Source of the DNA: a virus
Lineage: Duplodnaviria; Caudoviricetes
IMG/VR virus record: IMGVR_UViG_3300032240_001498
Span: 136,605 to 200,604 of that record
Reading direction: 5' to 3' (one strand)
DNA: 64,000 nucleotides
In this document: positions 63,340 to 64,000 of the stretch, one piece after another
How the letters are laid out: each line of letters opens with the position of its first letter
Numbering within the stretch: the stretch's first letter is position 1
Position numbers and translations under genes: made by a program
The notes under the pieces: generated by a model
Databases searched by the model: none
What the model was told of the DNA's origin: nothing
The model's input: only the letters and a program-made list of their open reading frames with translations

Positions 63340-63357
63340 TTAACTATTATAGCTTCT

Positions 63358-63915
63358 TTAAAGTTTAAAATCAAATATTCTATTGTTGATAGTTGACCAG
63401 TCCATGATCTTCCATTGATTGGACAAATATTTTTGTTTGTCTGCTTGGTAGTCTAATGCCCAAGCGTGTTCCCACCAGTCTATCAAGATTACAATATCGT
63501 CTTTGATTTCATGATTGACGATTGTTTTAATCTTGCCATCCTTTGCTAGGTATACCCATCCACTACCTTGTATGCTCATTGCAGTCTTTTCAAATGCTTC
63601 TTGAAAGGCATCCCATGACTTATGATGCTTTTCAATAAAAGTCAATATAGATCCAGTAGGTTTGTTACTGCCTTTAGGTGGTTGGAATTGGCTAAAATAG
63701 ATGCTGTGTAAGTATGCACCTGCTTCGTTAAAGTTTGCATCGCCTTCTCCGGCATTGAAACGATCAACATAGCCCTTGTAGAGCTTGCCATAGTGATAAT
63801 CGATAGCCTGTTTACTTAGACTACGGCCCAACCCATCCTTAGCATAAGGTAAACTAACCTGGGTTAATTCCTTTGGGGTTCTTCCTTCAGCAATAGTTTT
63901 GATAAAATTATACAT
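63358..63915 (-). CDS. sod: Fe/Mn superoxide dismutase
   Basis: It contains LPY..DGL, the metal ligands H (DYHYGK), H (YLHSIYF) and D/H (DWWEHAW), and GSGWVYL. Confidence 0.88.
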   Translation of the reverse strand: MYNFIKTIAEGRTPKELTQVSLPYAKDGLGRSLSKQAIDYHYGKLYKGYVDRFNAGEGDANFNEAGAYLHSIYFSQFQPPKGSNKPTGSILTFIEKHHKSWDAFQEAFEKTAMSIQGSGWVYLAKDGKIKTIVNHEIKDDIVILIDWWEHAWALDYQADKQKYLSNQWKIMDWSTINNRIFDFKL

Positions 63916-64000
63916 GGTAAATATCCTGTCAAGCGGTCAATAGGGCATCCGAGGATCCGCAAGCTATGAATTTTCCCTATTTCTTTTTCTAGCACAGCCA

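Noticed and set aside
61806-63915. Host chromosomal DNA or a prophage boundary at sod-suf (likewise at clpA-def-dnaJ).
   Set aside because: Gene packing, strand and apparent composition are continuous with the phage genes, the Suf genes are divergent, and no integrase or att-like repeat is visible.
63900-63933. TTGACA and TATAAT near the sod start.
   Set aside because: The spacing is only 14 nt and the -10 falls inside the coding sequence.
1-64000. CRISPR or mini-CRISPR arrays, tRNA genes and rRNA.
   Set aside because: The intergenic gaps are short and show no equally spaced direct repeats or cloverleaf/T-loop signatures by eye. tRNAscan-SE and CRISPRCasFinder would settle this.

Overview
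This window is a 64 kb segment of a large lytic dsDNA tailed phage with a T4-like PolB/clamp/clamp-loader/RNase H replisome. I found no integrase, tRNA, rRNA or CRISPR array. Coding density is very high and almost all genes are on the minus strand. The exceptions are the tail genes at 1-4318 and phoH. Modules from left to right: (1) tail fibre/collar genes; (2) a MoxR AAA+ plus vWA/metallopeptidase pair; (3) RNase H; (4) a roughly 13 kb nucleotide- and sugar-modification region directly downstream of polB and the clamp, containing a DpdA/TGT-like transglycosylase, FolE, a QueD-like T-fold protein, QueE, a GT-B glycosyltransferase, a UDP-glucose dehydrogenase, split HldA/HldC ADP-heptose enzymes, cupins, a PRTase, a HIT hydrolase, two 2OG-Fe(II) oxygenases and a CDGSH-like protein; (5) a block of probable head-packaged proteins with capsid-targeting-like N-termini, including a 1036 aa protein that appears to join three unrelated nucleotidyltransferase folds; (6) ClpA, PDF and DnaJ; (7) an extended lysis cassette; (8) PhoH, clamp loader, a cytidylyltransferase, GroES and a DnaE fragment that stops just before its catalytic aspartates; (9) baseplate genes and a 3132 aa fibre; (10) SOD plus a degenerate SufC/SufD-like pair. 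Eight near-consensus sigma70 promoters and many TAAATA late-type motifs can be read directly, and several promoters sit inside hairpins. The best candidates for new biology are a glycosylated or oxidised 7-deazaguanine DNA modification, the virion-packaged triple nucleotidyltransferase, and the pseudo-Suf pair. All family assignments come from recognising motifs by eye; no database search was run.
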